Program-made: the position numbers and the translations under genes
The notes under the pieces: generated by a model
Told to the model about the DNA's origin: nothing
The model's database searches: none
What the model saw: only the letters and a program-made list of their open reading frames with translations
Source of the DNA: an uncultured Gammaproteobacteria bacterium
Lineage (GTDB): Bacteria; Patescibacteriota; Microgenomatia; UBA12405
NCBI GenBank assembly: GCA_964512875.1
Contig: CAZEKY010000002.1
Location: 1 to 45,216 of the forward strand
Direction of reading: 5' to 3'
Length of the DNA stretch: 45,216 nt
Shown here: one piece after another, positions 28,166-35,339 of the stretch
Layout: each line of letters begins with the position of its first letter
Numbering within the stretch: the first letter of the stretch is position 1

Positions 28166-29061
28166 AGGTTAGCGCTTTCTTTTTGTTTTTTAATTTCTTC
28201 TAAGCCTTCTTTTAGGGTTTTAAACTCTAAACCGAGATCTTTTGCCTTCTGATTAGAGGTAATCAACTTTTTTTGCCAGGGACGACTACCTTGAGGTTGA
28301 GAAGAAATAAAATCAGCTAAAGAACTTGGAGAGATTAACTTTTTATCAAGATTAAAGACAGATGCGACTTGCAGGCACATCTCATAAGGAGAACAAGAGG
28401 TTGAGCCAACAAGATGATAGATACCCTTATTTTGATGGTCTAAAAAGTAACAGAGAGCTTGAGCGATGTCGTCAATAAAGGTGTAGGTACAAATTTGATC
28501 TGAAAACATTTTTAACTCTTGATTATCTTGAAGCTTAGTTAGTACTTTTTTAATAATGTCAGGTTTTTTCTCAAAATTAGCACGATAGGGATAAGTAATT
28601 CTTGAAATATTAAAATTGTCATAATTAGAATCAGTAATGACCTTTTCCCCTAGATACTTGGTTTCTCCATACCACTCAATTGGAGAAACAGGATCTGACT
28701 CGATATAAGGAGTGTCTTTATTACCATCAAAAACAAAATCAGTAGAGATATAAATAAGATACTGATTGTATTTACGAGCAAGATCTAAAATATTTTTTGT
28801 TCCCTGCACGTTAAGCTGGTAACAAATTCCGCTATGATCTCCTTTTTGTTCCCAGGCAGCATTAGTGTCAGTAAAAGCAGCCAGATGTAAAATCGCAAAA
28901 GCATCTTTATTTTTTTCAAAGGCTTTGGCTAAATTTTCTTGATCAAGCAAATTCACTCCGGAATCTAGAGAAAAATCAACAAATTCATATTTGTCTTTTA
29001 ACAATTCGACAATACGACTACCAACTAACCCTGAAAGACCTGTGCCGATTATTTTTTTCAT
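28162..29061 (-). CDS. rfbD: dTDP-4-dehydrorhamnose reductase
   Basis: GTGLSGLVGSRI Rossmann motif and the ISTDFVFDG RmlD signature, downstream of rfbC. Its stop overlaps the convergent HAD stop. Confidence 0.82.
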   Translation of the reverse strand: MKKIIGTGLSGLVGSRIVELLKDKYEFVDFSLDSGVNLLDQENLAKAFEKNKDAFAILHLAAFTDTNAAWEQKGDHSGICYQLNVQGTKNILDLARKYNQYLIYISTDFVFDGNKDTPYIESDPVSPIEWYGETKYLGEKVITDSNYDNFNISRITYPYRANFEKKPDIIKKVLTKLQDNQELKMFSDQICTYTFIDDIAQALCYFLDHQNKGIYHLVGSTSCSPYEMCLQVASVFNLDKKLISPSSLADFISSQPQGSRPWQKKLITSNQKAKDLGLEFKTLKEGLEEIKKQKESANL

Positions 29062-29063
29062 AA

Positions 29064-29621
29064 TTAAAAAATTGGATTACTTTTTAACTGCTCAAGATTA
29101 GGCCAAAGCTTATCTTTATCTGATAACAACAAGTCAGTTTCTATTTTTGGCCAAGAGAAGGCAACTAAGGGGTCATTCCATAAAAGACCCCCTTCTGATT
29201 CTTTATTGTAAAAGTTGGAACATTTATACTGAAAATCAGCAATGTTAGAAAGGACTAAAAAAGCATGAGCAAAACCCTGAGGGATGTAAAATTGTTTTTT
29301 ATTTTCTTCAGATAAAAGTACCGAAAAAGATTGTCCAAAGGTTGGAGAATTTTGACGAAGATCAACAACAACGTCAAGAACCTCCCCCTGAGTACAACGA
29401 ACTAATTTATCTTGAGCAAAGGGTGGTTTTTGAAAATGAAAACCCCTTAATACTCCTTTTGAGGAGCGGGAGTGATTGTCTTGAACAAAGACAGTGGAAA
29501 TTCCATTGTCTGAAAAAAGTTTTTGATTGTAAGTTTCGAGGAAGAAACCTCGATCGTCTGGATAAACTGAAGGTTCGATTACAACTAATCCTTCAATATT
29601 GCCTCTGGTAAAAGTTGTCAT
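29064..29621 (-). CDS. rfbC: dTDP-4-dehydrorhamnose 3,5-epimerase
   Basis: DDRGFFLETYN and VQDNHSRSSKGVLRGFHFQ cupin motifs. Confidence 0.9.
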   Translation of the reverse strand: MTTFTRGNIEGLVVIEPSVYPDDRGFFLETYNQKLFSDNGISTVFVQDNHSRSSKGVLRGFHFQKPPFAQDKLVRCTQGEVLDVVVDLRQNSPTFGQSFSVLLSEENKKQFYIPQGFAHAFLVLSNIADFQYKCSNFYNKESEGGLLWNDPLVAFSWPKIETDLLLSDKDKLWPNLEQLKSNPIF

Positions 29622-30631
29622 TTTTTTATGTTTTGATTTAATTTAAGATAAAATTCTTCTGCTTCTTTTTTAGTTTCTAACCACCATGATTGATTTTGGG
29701 TATACCATTCAATTGTTTGCTTTAGGCCAGATTCTAAATCAAATTCTGGTTGCCAGCCTAATTCTTGATTGATTTTTGACCAATCGACAGAATAGTTATC
29801 ATGAGCAGGACGATCAGTGACATATTCCAAAGAAGATTCATCTTTGTTCATTAATTTTAAAATTAAGTTAACTAAATCCATATTACTCGTCCCCTTCTTT
29901 AGACCACCAATACAATAAGTCTGACCAATTTCACCCTTAAAAATTATTTGCTCGATAGCCCGACAATGATCTTGAACATGAAGCCAATCTCTAAAATTTA
30001 AACCTTGACCATATACTTTTATCTTTTGACCATCAAGTAGATTAGTAATTGATCTTGGAATCATTTTTTCAGGATGCTGATAGGGGCCATAATTATTGGA
30101 ACAATTACTAATGGTTACAGGAAGAGAGTAGGTTTTATAGAAAGACAAAACTAAATGATCAGATGAAGCTTTTGAGGCGGAATAAGGACTAGAAGGATCG
30201 TAAGGGGTTTTTTCGTTAAATTGTGTCAAAGAATCATTTATCAAAATAGTCCCATAGACTTCGTCGGTAGAGATATGATGAAAACGTGTCTTATATTTTT
30301 TAGCAGCCATTAACAGGTTATAAGTTCCCAATACATTAGTTTTTACAAAAAGAGAAGGATCATCAATTGATCGATCAACATGTGATTCTGCAGCAAAATG
30401 AACGATTAGTTCTACCTGAGAAACAATTTCATCAACTAATTTTTCATCTAAGATATCACCCTTAACAAATTGATAATTCGAATTATTTTCAAATTCAACT
30501 AAGTTTCTAGGATTGGCAGCATAAGTCATTTTGTCAAGATTAATAATAGAATCTTTAGGATATTTTTTAAACCAATACTTAATAAAATTTGAGCCGATAA
30601 AGCCAGAACCTCCAGTAACTAAAATTTTCAT
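29618..30631 (-). CDS. rfbB: dTDP-glucose 4,6-dehydratase
   Basis: MKILVTGGSGFIGSNF, the YSASKASSDHLV (YxxxK) motif and 337 aa. ATGA overlap with rfbC. Confidence 0.9.
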   Translation of the reverse strand: MKILVTGGSGFIGSNFIKYWFKKYPKDSIINLDKMTYAANPRNLVEFENNSNYQFVKGDILDEKLVDEIVSQVELIVHFAAESHVDRSIDDPSLFVKTNVLGTYNLLMAAKKYKTRFHHISTDEVYGTILINDSLTQFNEKTPYDPSSPYSASKASSDHLVLSFYKTYSLPVTISNCSNNYGPYQHPEKMIPRSITNLLDGQKIKVYGQGLNFRDWLHVQDHCRAIEQIIFKGEIGQTYCIGGLKKGTSNMDLVNLILKLMNKDESSLEYVTDRPAHDNYSVDWSKINQELGWQPEFDLESGLKQTIEWYTQNQSWWLETKKEAEEFYLKLNQNIKK

Positions 30632-30676
30632 ATGAGATGATTTTACTCTATTTAGGTAGCCATTATCAAGCGAAGT

Positions 30677-30731
30677 TAAAAAAAAAGACTCCCATTGTTT
30701 CGTTAAAAAAAACGAAGCAAATAGGAGTCTT
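30677..30731 (-). terminator. Long hairpin terminator after orphan ORF A
   Basis: The minus strand reads AAGACTCCTATTTGCTTCGTT-TTTTTT-AACGAAACAATGGGAGTCTT, followed by a run of about 9 T. The roughly 20-bp stem is imperfect. Confidence 0.6.
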
Positions 30732-30741
30732 GAGAAACAAG

Positions 30742-31167
30742 TTATTTTATTTGATATAAATAAATAATCCGTGCTGCCGGATAATCAGCGTCATCGAGAG
30801 GTGCATCTCGATAACTGTCATGAATTATAAAGAGAATCTCCTGAGGAGAAATTGACCTTATTTGTTTCCCAATAGAAAGAGCAGTTTGAACCACTTCCGT
30901 CGTACCATCAAGGTCCCCCTTGCAGTGATAACAAACGATCTTCTCTTGAAATTTTGTGATGATATTGTTATTTCGCACTAGATAGTACCGTTCATAATCC
31001 TCTATGACTACGCGGTTACCAGACTTCACCATCATAGTAGAAGGTGTAATCGACAAAAAATCATCAAGCGAACAGGTATTTACCCTTTTTGCATTAATAG
31101 TAGAACCTTTTGGCAGAACAGCGGAAATCAGATCTTCTAACTTCTCCTTTAACTCGATTTCTTTCAC
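30742..31167 (-). CDS. Orphan protein A (141 aa, no recognisable domain)
   Basis: GTG start at 31167 preceded by AAGGAGAG. No TM helix or signal peptide. Contains CYHC plus distant Cys and His residues. Followed by its own terminator. Confidence 0.6.
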   Translation of the reverse strand: MKEIELKEKLEDLISAVLPKGSTINAKRVNTCSLDDFLSITPSTMMVKSGNRVVIEDYERYYLVRNNNIITKFQEKIVCYHCKGDLDGTTEVVQTALSIGKQIRSISPQEILFIIHDSYRDAPLDDADYPAARIIYLYQIK

Positions 31168-31338
31168 TATTATCTCTCTCCTTTACTATTTTTTATGACA
31201 CAGAACTCTTCAAATAAAACTGTTTGTAAAAGTACACAAAATTATATTCAGCGATTGAAAATATTTTGTAGGGTATTTTAACATTAATGACTAAAAAACC
31301 AAAAAATAATAATAATTTTTAAAATAATTTTTCTGATA

Positions 31339-31737
31339 TTAATTTCTTTCTAAATAAATATTTGCTAAAACAGGGTTGTTACGACATTCCATGTGTGTAA
31401 CAGTCCACTTATTCTTTTTCAGTTCTAGCAAGTAGGGTCGAAGTACTTCTTCGACAGAAAAATCTCCACTTGCATGAACTCTCCCTTGAATTACAAAGGG
31501 TCTTTTTTGACCTTTTGAACTTTTAGAGTCTTCGATGAAAGAAGAATATATTCTGTATCTTCTATTTAGTTTTGGGTCATTAAATTTCACCCCCTTAATT
31601 CTCCTATATATCAATACAACATAACCTCTTACTTCTGTTTTAATATTACTTTCAGAATAATCATTAAAGACACTCTCGTTTGAGTCAATAATTTCTTTTA
31701 CAAACTCAATGAACAAGTGTGCATGTTCTTTAGTCAT
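31339..31737 (-). CDS. Orphan protein B (132 aa, basic, no recognisable domain)
   Basis: ATG 31737 lies 9 nt after AGGAGG; the track TTG at 31746 abuts the SD. My hand count is about 23 K/R against 17 D/E. A near-consensus promoter lies upstream. Confidence 0.6.
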   Translation of the reverse strand: MTKEHAHLFIEFVKEIIDSNESVFNDYSESNIKTEVRGYVVLIYRRIKGVKFNDPKLNRRYRIYSSFIEDSKSSKGQKRPFVIQGRVHASGDFSVEEVLRPYLLELKKNKWTVTHMECRNNPVLANIYLERN

Positions 31738-31799
31738 GCAATACAACCTCCTTTTTTTAAAGAACTTGTGTTTATCTAGTTAAAAATAAAAACTGAGGG

Positions 31800-31828
31800 A
31801 TTCTATCGAATATATTAAATTTTGTCAA
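31800..31828 (-). promoter_or_regulatory. Near-consensus sigma70 promoter for orphan B (TTGACA-17-TAGAAT)
   Basis: On the minus strand the -35 TTGACA is at 31828..31823 and the -10 TAGAAT at 31805..31800, immediately after the ORF C stop (31834). Confidence 0.55.
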
Positions 31829-31833
31829 AAATG

Positions 31834-32289
31834 TTATTTGTTTGTATCTACAATCTGGCGAATAATTTCGATTGTTTCACTGGAAGTGTTCGCTTTCTCT
31901 GTAACGTTTTTTTCTGGGTGATAATCATTTTCATATCTGGTTTGGTAATAATCAGGTAATTTTTCTACAGTAATTTTTTTTGCCAAAGGGATGATTCTTA
32001 ACGAATCCCCATTTTCAAAAGCTTTCATTTTTGAATCAAAAATTATAGCAATAGAATTACCCTTGTAATCAATAAGAGCTTCTACTGATTCACGATCAGA
32101 AGTTAGATCATAAAAATATTTTGTTAAAGGATCTGGACGACAAAAAGTTAATAGCTTGTTTTCTTTAATATATTCTAAATACTCAACAATGCCACTTTGA
32201 CTAAAAATCATTTTTGTTTCCTGAGCTGCACTTATTGGCTGCTTTGATTCTCTAAGACTTTCTTTGATCATGTGTTGACTAGCATACAA
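31834..32289 (-). CDS. Orphan protein C (125-151 aa, start uncertain, acidic C-terminus)
   Basis: The track start 32289 is a TTG. In-frame ATGs lie at 32271 (no SD) and 32211 (preceded by AGGAAA). I recognise no motif. Confidence 0.5.
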   Translation of the reverse strand: MYASQHMIKESLRESKQPISAAQETKMIFSQSGIVEYLEYIKENKLLTFCRPDPLTKYFYDLTSDRESVEALIDYKGNSIAIIFDSKMKAFENGDSLRIIPLAKKITVEKLPDYYQTRYENDYHPEKNVTEKANTSSETIEIIRQIVDTNK

Positions 32290-32364
32290 TCAATAAGAGA
32301 GAAAATCAAATTCTACAATATTGTGAAGAGTAAATATTTTTGATTATTTTTACTTTGTTGTTTT

Positions 32365-32393
32365 TTGACTTATTACAGATTACAGGATATAAT
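32365..32393 (+). promoter_or_regulatory. Near-consensus sigma70 promoter for orphan D (TTGACT-17-TATAAT)
   Basis: The -35 is at 32365-32370, the spacer is exactly 17 nt, and the -10 TATAAT is at 32388-32393. This predicts a leader of about 150 nt. Confidence 0.6.
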
Positions 32394-32458
32394 TTTACTA
32401 TCAAATACATAATTTTAGCTTGTATTTAGGCACTTTAAAATTAAATTTGACAGATAAA

Positions 32459-32518
32459 TTTGATGAATGGAAATTTGTTTTTTAGTAAAAGCTAAAAAGT
32501 AGATTCCCATTCATCAAA
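32459..32518 (+). promoter_or_regulatory. Structured 5' leader element of orphan D
   Basis: Perfect 12-bp stem TTTGATGAATGG (32459-32470) / CCATTCATCAAA (32507-32518), enclosing an inner TTTTAG/CTAAAA hairpin. AAATTTG(A) occurs three times, at 32443, 32456 and 32471. Confidence 0.45.
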
Positions 32519-32553
32519 GAGATGAAATAAGGGAGAAAGGTTGTTGATAGAAA

Positions 32554-32883
32554 ATGAAAGAAACAAAATGCGTAAACTTAATAGTTTTTTCGAATAGAAC
32601 GGCTTATATAGCCGTTAAACCTGGAAGAGCAAAGCTAGAAATTGATTTTTGCTCATCCATTTTATCTGGATCTTCACTCATAAAGGATATCGGAAATATC
32701 GCCTATTATGCCAATACGGCATATGTCAATATTGTCGAAGAAGACATGGATGATATTGTGTTACACCCGTATATGCCCTATCAAGGTAAAATTTATGCAG
32801 AAATGAAAGAATCTATTGACGATGTTGAAGATTCCGATGGTATTATTCCCTTAATCATTTCGTTTCATTGTCCAATTATTTAA
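32554..32883 (+). CDS. Orphan protein D (109 aa, strongly acidic, no recognisable domain)
   Basis: ATG start. My hand count is about 16 D/E against 9 K/R. Divergent from ORFs A-C and followed by a strong terminator. Confidence 0.55.
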   Translation: MKETKCVNLIVFSNRTAYIAVKPGRAKLEIDFCSSILSGSSLIKDIGNIAYYANTAYVNIVEEDMDDIVLHPYMPYQGKIYAEMKESIDDVEDSDGIIPLIISFHCPII

Positions 32884-32893
32884 TTTTAGCCAA

Positions 32894-32941
32894 CCCGGCA
32901 AAATAATAGCGTATTCGCTTTATTTTGACCGGGTTTTTTTT
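32894..32941 (+). terminator. Rho-independent terminator after orphan D
   Basis: CCCGGCAAAATAATAGCG-TATT-CGCTTTATTTTGACCGGG, a stem of about 17 bp with one bulge and one mismatch, followed by 8 T. Confidence 0.7.
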
Positions 32942-32943
32942 AA

Positions 32944-32969
32944 CAAAAATCCCCCGCTTTCACGAGGGA
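32944..32969 (-). terminator. Rho-independent terminator after the LytR_C gene
   Basis: The minus strand reads TCCCTCG-TGAAAG-CGGGGGA followed by TTTTTG, 20 nt past the stop at 32990. Confidence 0.6.
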
Positions 32970-32989
32970 CTTAAATTATTATTTAAAAG

Positions 32990-34330
32990 TTATTGAGCAG
33001 CAGGAGTAACCTTACTTAAATCCTGGCCAATAGTAAAAATAGCATCATAAGCTGATGCTTCTTTTAAATCTTGAGTATAGGTGGCAGGAAAGTCACTTTC
33101 TAGCTTAGATTCAAAATAAGCTGAAAAAGTAGCAGACTTTACTTGAACCGAATTTTTGGTAGCAATCTCTTTAGCATTTCCAACTGAAATATTTTTGAAA
33201 CCCATTTTGGTCAACATGGCCTTTACAGTAGCTGCTTGACCGTTGATATCTGTTCCATTTAAAACCTGAATTTTAATATCTTTATCAATCTCAATAATAG
33301 TTGGTGTTGGCGTTGGAGTTGAGGTTGGAGTCACAGTAACCTGATTATTTTCAGAAGTAGGACTCTCTATTTGAGAGCTGTCTTTTTTATTTGAAACAAA
33401 CCACATAATCATTGAAGCAATAACGGCAGTGAAAACAAAAACAGCCACTATTGGTAAAATATTTCTTTTTGTATTTTCCATTTTATTTTTTGATGAACTA
33501 ATATTGGTTGATGGTTTAATTATATCAATATTATTAGCTGTCGAGGAGTTGATAGCTCCAAGAACCGGTAAGGGTAAATTTGACGCTTTAGAAAGGCTTT
33601 GAGCAATCTGAGCCTCATCATAAAGGGTTTTGTTCATTTGAGTAGTAGAGAGAAGCTCTAAATCGTGATTTTCAGGCACATAAATCTTTTCTGTAATAGA
33701 AGAAAAGTAAAAATTAGAGTAATTGATGATTTTTTGAATATCAAGACTTGGTCCCTTAAGATTAACGGTTAAATATACGAAATTATCTTTTGATAACAAA
33801 AGAGTATATTCTTGGTCTTTAAGAGGATAAATTAAGAAAAATTCCTGTTTGTAAACTGAGGAAATAATGTTTGAAATAGCTGAAGAAATAGCAATAAACT
33901 TATCAATTACAACACCAATAGTTTCTAGGTTTTCTTTTAATTGGTCTAATCTTGGTTTATCGTAGATATAAGAACGAATAATGGTTTTGTCGGGAAGTTG
34001 AGTCAACTGATAGTCTAGTGCTTCTGGGTCAATATCAAAGTTAACCATACTAGTAGCCAGCCCAATTACTTCCTTCTTGTCAATGTTTTCTATTTTTGAA
34101 TCATAGGTAAAAGATTTAGTTACAACGATATCGTCAGGAACAAGAAGAGAAATAGATCCAAATTTATTTTGTTGAAAATATGATCTGAGAGAATCAAGCT
34201 GCTTATCGTTACATTTTTGCCAAAGATCCAAATCAAAACTAATAGTATTGTTTTCCTTTCGGTCAATGTAAAATTCAACACTTTTAGATCTTGGCCAGAT
34301 TACGAGTTTCGACTTAGAGAATAATGCCAT
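32990..34330 (-). CDS. Single-pass membrane protein with C-terminal LytR_C (LytR/CpsA/Psr C-terminal) domain
   Basis: 446 aa. TM helix ILPIVAVFVFTAVIASMIMWFV, a TPTSTPTPTPT linker, then IKIQVLNGTDINGQAATVKAMLTKMGFKNISVGNA, typical of LytR_C. The cytoplasmic ~280 aa vaguely resemble a PilM/FtsA-like half-domain; that part is low confidence. Confidence 0.7.
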   Translation of the reverse strand: MALFSKSKLVIWPRSKSVEFYIDRKENNTISFDLDLWQKCNDKQLDSLRSYFQQNKFGSISLLVPDDIVVTKSFTYDSKIENIDKKEVIGLATSMVNFDIDPEALDYQLTQLPDKTIIRSYIYDKPRLDQLKENLETIGVVIDKFIAISSAISNIISSVYKQEFFLIYPLKDQEYTLLLSKDNFVYLTVNLKGPSLDIQKIINYSNFYFSSITEKIYVPENHDLELLSTTQMNKTLYDEAQIAQSLSKASNLPLPVLGAINSSTANNIDIIKPSTNISSSKNKMENTKRNILPIVAVFVFTAVIASMIMWFVSNKKDSSQIESPTSENNQVTVTPTSTPTPTPTIIEIDKDIKIQVLNGTDINGQAATVKAMLTKMGFKNISVGNAKEIATKNSVQVKSATFSAYFESKLESDFPATYTQDLKEASAYDAIFTIGQDLSKVTPAAQ

Positions 34331-34336
34331 GGTTAT

Positions 34337-34365
34337 ATTATAGCAAAAAACAACTATGAGTTGAA
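34337..34365 (-). promoter_or_regulatory. Putative extended -10 promoter of the LytR_C gene (TTCAAC-17-TGCTATAAT)
   Basis: The -10 TATAAT is at 34342..34337 with TGC immediately upstream, and the -35 is at 34365..34360. Only 6 nt separate the -10 from ATG 34330. Confidence 0.45.
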
Positions 34366-34393
34366 TACAAAAAACGCCCCAATGATGGGGCGC
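34365..34393 (-). terminator. Rho-independent terminator after rpsG
   Basis: The minus strand reads AAGCGCCCC-ATCATT-GGGGCG followed by TTTTTTG. Confidence 0.7.
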
Positions 34394-34409
34394 TTAATAT
34401 CATTAAAAA

Positions 34410-34892
34410 TTACCAGCGCAAATGAGCAAAAGCCTTGTTGGCATCAGCCATTCTTTCAACCTCAATTCTTTTGTTTACCGCGACTCCTTCATTATTAAGT
34501 GCGGCAGTTAACTCAGAAACTAATTTTTCAGCAAAAGTGTGAAATTGTTTGTTTGGTTTTGAGCGAGCAGCATTAATCATCCATCTAAGAGCCAAAGAGT
34601 TTTGACGATTGCCACGAACTGGAGTAGGAACCTGATAGACAGCACCACCAATTCTTCGTGGTTTAACTTCAATTTTAGGTCTAATATTTTCAAGTGCACG
34701 ATCTAAAACGTCTAAAACTTCCTCTTTTGGAAATTGTTTTTTTATTAAATCAAGAGCGGCATAAACTTGTTTTTCAGCAACAGTTCTTTTGCCATCTCTC
34801 ATACAAGCATTGATGATTTTACTGACAGTAATGTTGCCATAGATAGTGTCTGGTAGGACTTCTCTGGTTTTATTGATTCCTTTTCTGGACAT
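34410..34892 (-). CDS. rpsG: 30S ribosomal protein S7
   Basis: 160 aa with MSRKG...DGKRTVAEKQVY and the C-terminal AFAHLRW. Confidence 0.96.
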   Translation of the reverse strand: MSRKGINKTREVLPDTIYGNITVSKIINACMRDGKRTVAEKQVYAALDLIKKQFPKEEVLDVLDRALENIRPKIEVKPRRIGGAVYQVPTPVRGNRQNSLALRWMINAARSKPNKQFHTFAEKLVSELTAALNNEGVAVNKRIEVERMADANKAFAHLRW

Positions 34893-34914
34893 ATTTTTAT
34901 TTTATTTTTTATAA

Positions 34915-35337
34915 TTATTCACTTTTAACAGCAGCTTTTTTGGCTCCGTATTTACTACGGGATTGCATTCGGCCAACAACAGCCCCAGCATCGTATTTGC
35001 CGCGAAGGATACGATAACGAACACCTGGTAAATCTCTAACCCTGCCACCTCTGATACTGACGATACTGTGTTCGGCCAAATTATGACCAATACCTGGAAT
35101 ATAGGCAGTAACTGAAGTTCGATTACTAAGTTTAACTTTAGCAATTTTTCTCAAAGCCGAATGAGGCTTTTTAGGTGTCATAGTTTTAACAGAAATAACA
35201 ACACCTTTTTTGATAGGGTTAATATTGTCGGTAGGTCGATTGGTGATAGTATTGAAACCACCTCGAAGAGCAACTGTTTTAACTTTTTCAGTTCTTTTCT
35301 TTCGACCAGATTTTATTAGTTGATTAAATGTTGGCAT
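34915..35337 (-). CDS. rpsL: 30S ribosomal protein S12
   Basis: [20 protein letters not shown] and [14 protein letters not shown]. It is the long (Bacillus-like) form of the loop before TPKKP. Confidence 0.97.
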   Translation of the reverse strand: MPTFNQLIKSGRKKRTEKVKTVALRGGFNTITNRPTDNINPIKKGVVISVKTMTPKKPHSALRKIAKVKLSNRTSVTAYIPGIGHNLAEHSIVSIRGGRVRDLPGVRYRILRGKYDAGAVVGRMQSRSKYGAKKAAVKSE

Positions 35338-35339
35338 AT

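Noticed and set aside
29618-29621. An alternative genetic code with UGA read as Gly or Trp, as in some CPR lineages and mycoplasmas.
   Set aside because: rfbB ends at a TGA that overlaps the rfbC ATG (ATGA) at exactly the expected full-length C-terminus. All conserved genes are full length under code 11, so there is no sign of in-frame TGA read-through.
31004-31198. A + strand 64-aa ORF, and a 28-codon ORF starting at ATG 31196 in the A-B spacer.
   Set aside because: The first is mostly antisense to orphan A, and the second is tiny. Neither has an SD.
32441-32480. A possible CRISPR or tandem-repeat array, suggested by the repeated AAATTTG(A) motif.
   Set aside because: There are only three 7-8 nt copies with 13-15 nt spacing, no repeat-spacer architecture and no cas genes. 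It is treated instead as a possible operator or leader feature. No CRISPR array was seen anywhere in the window.
26138-34409. Calling the accessory segment a mobile element, genomic island or prophage.
   Set aside because: I could find no integrase, transposase, recombinase or phage structural gene. There is no tRNA at either boundary and there are no flanking direct or inverted repeats. Spot GC counts (about 37 percent against about 32 percent in one 100-nt sample each) are too crude to claim compositional deviation.
34902-35144. Same-strand alternative-frame ORFs inside real genes: 34902-35144 in rpsL, 18253-18465 in rplP, 1032-1226 over hup, 22786-23037 in tuf, 24478-24675 in fusA and 43434-43658 in the 269-aa gene.
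   Set aside because: They are out-of-frame overlaps with highly conserved genes, and nothing independently suggests dual coding.
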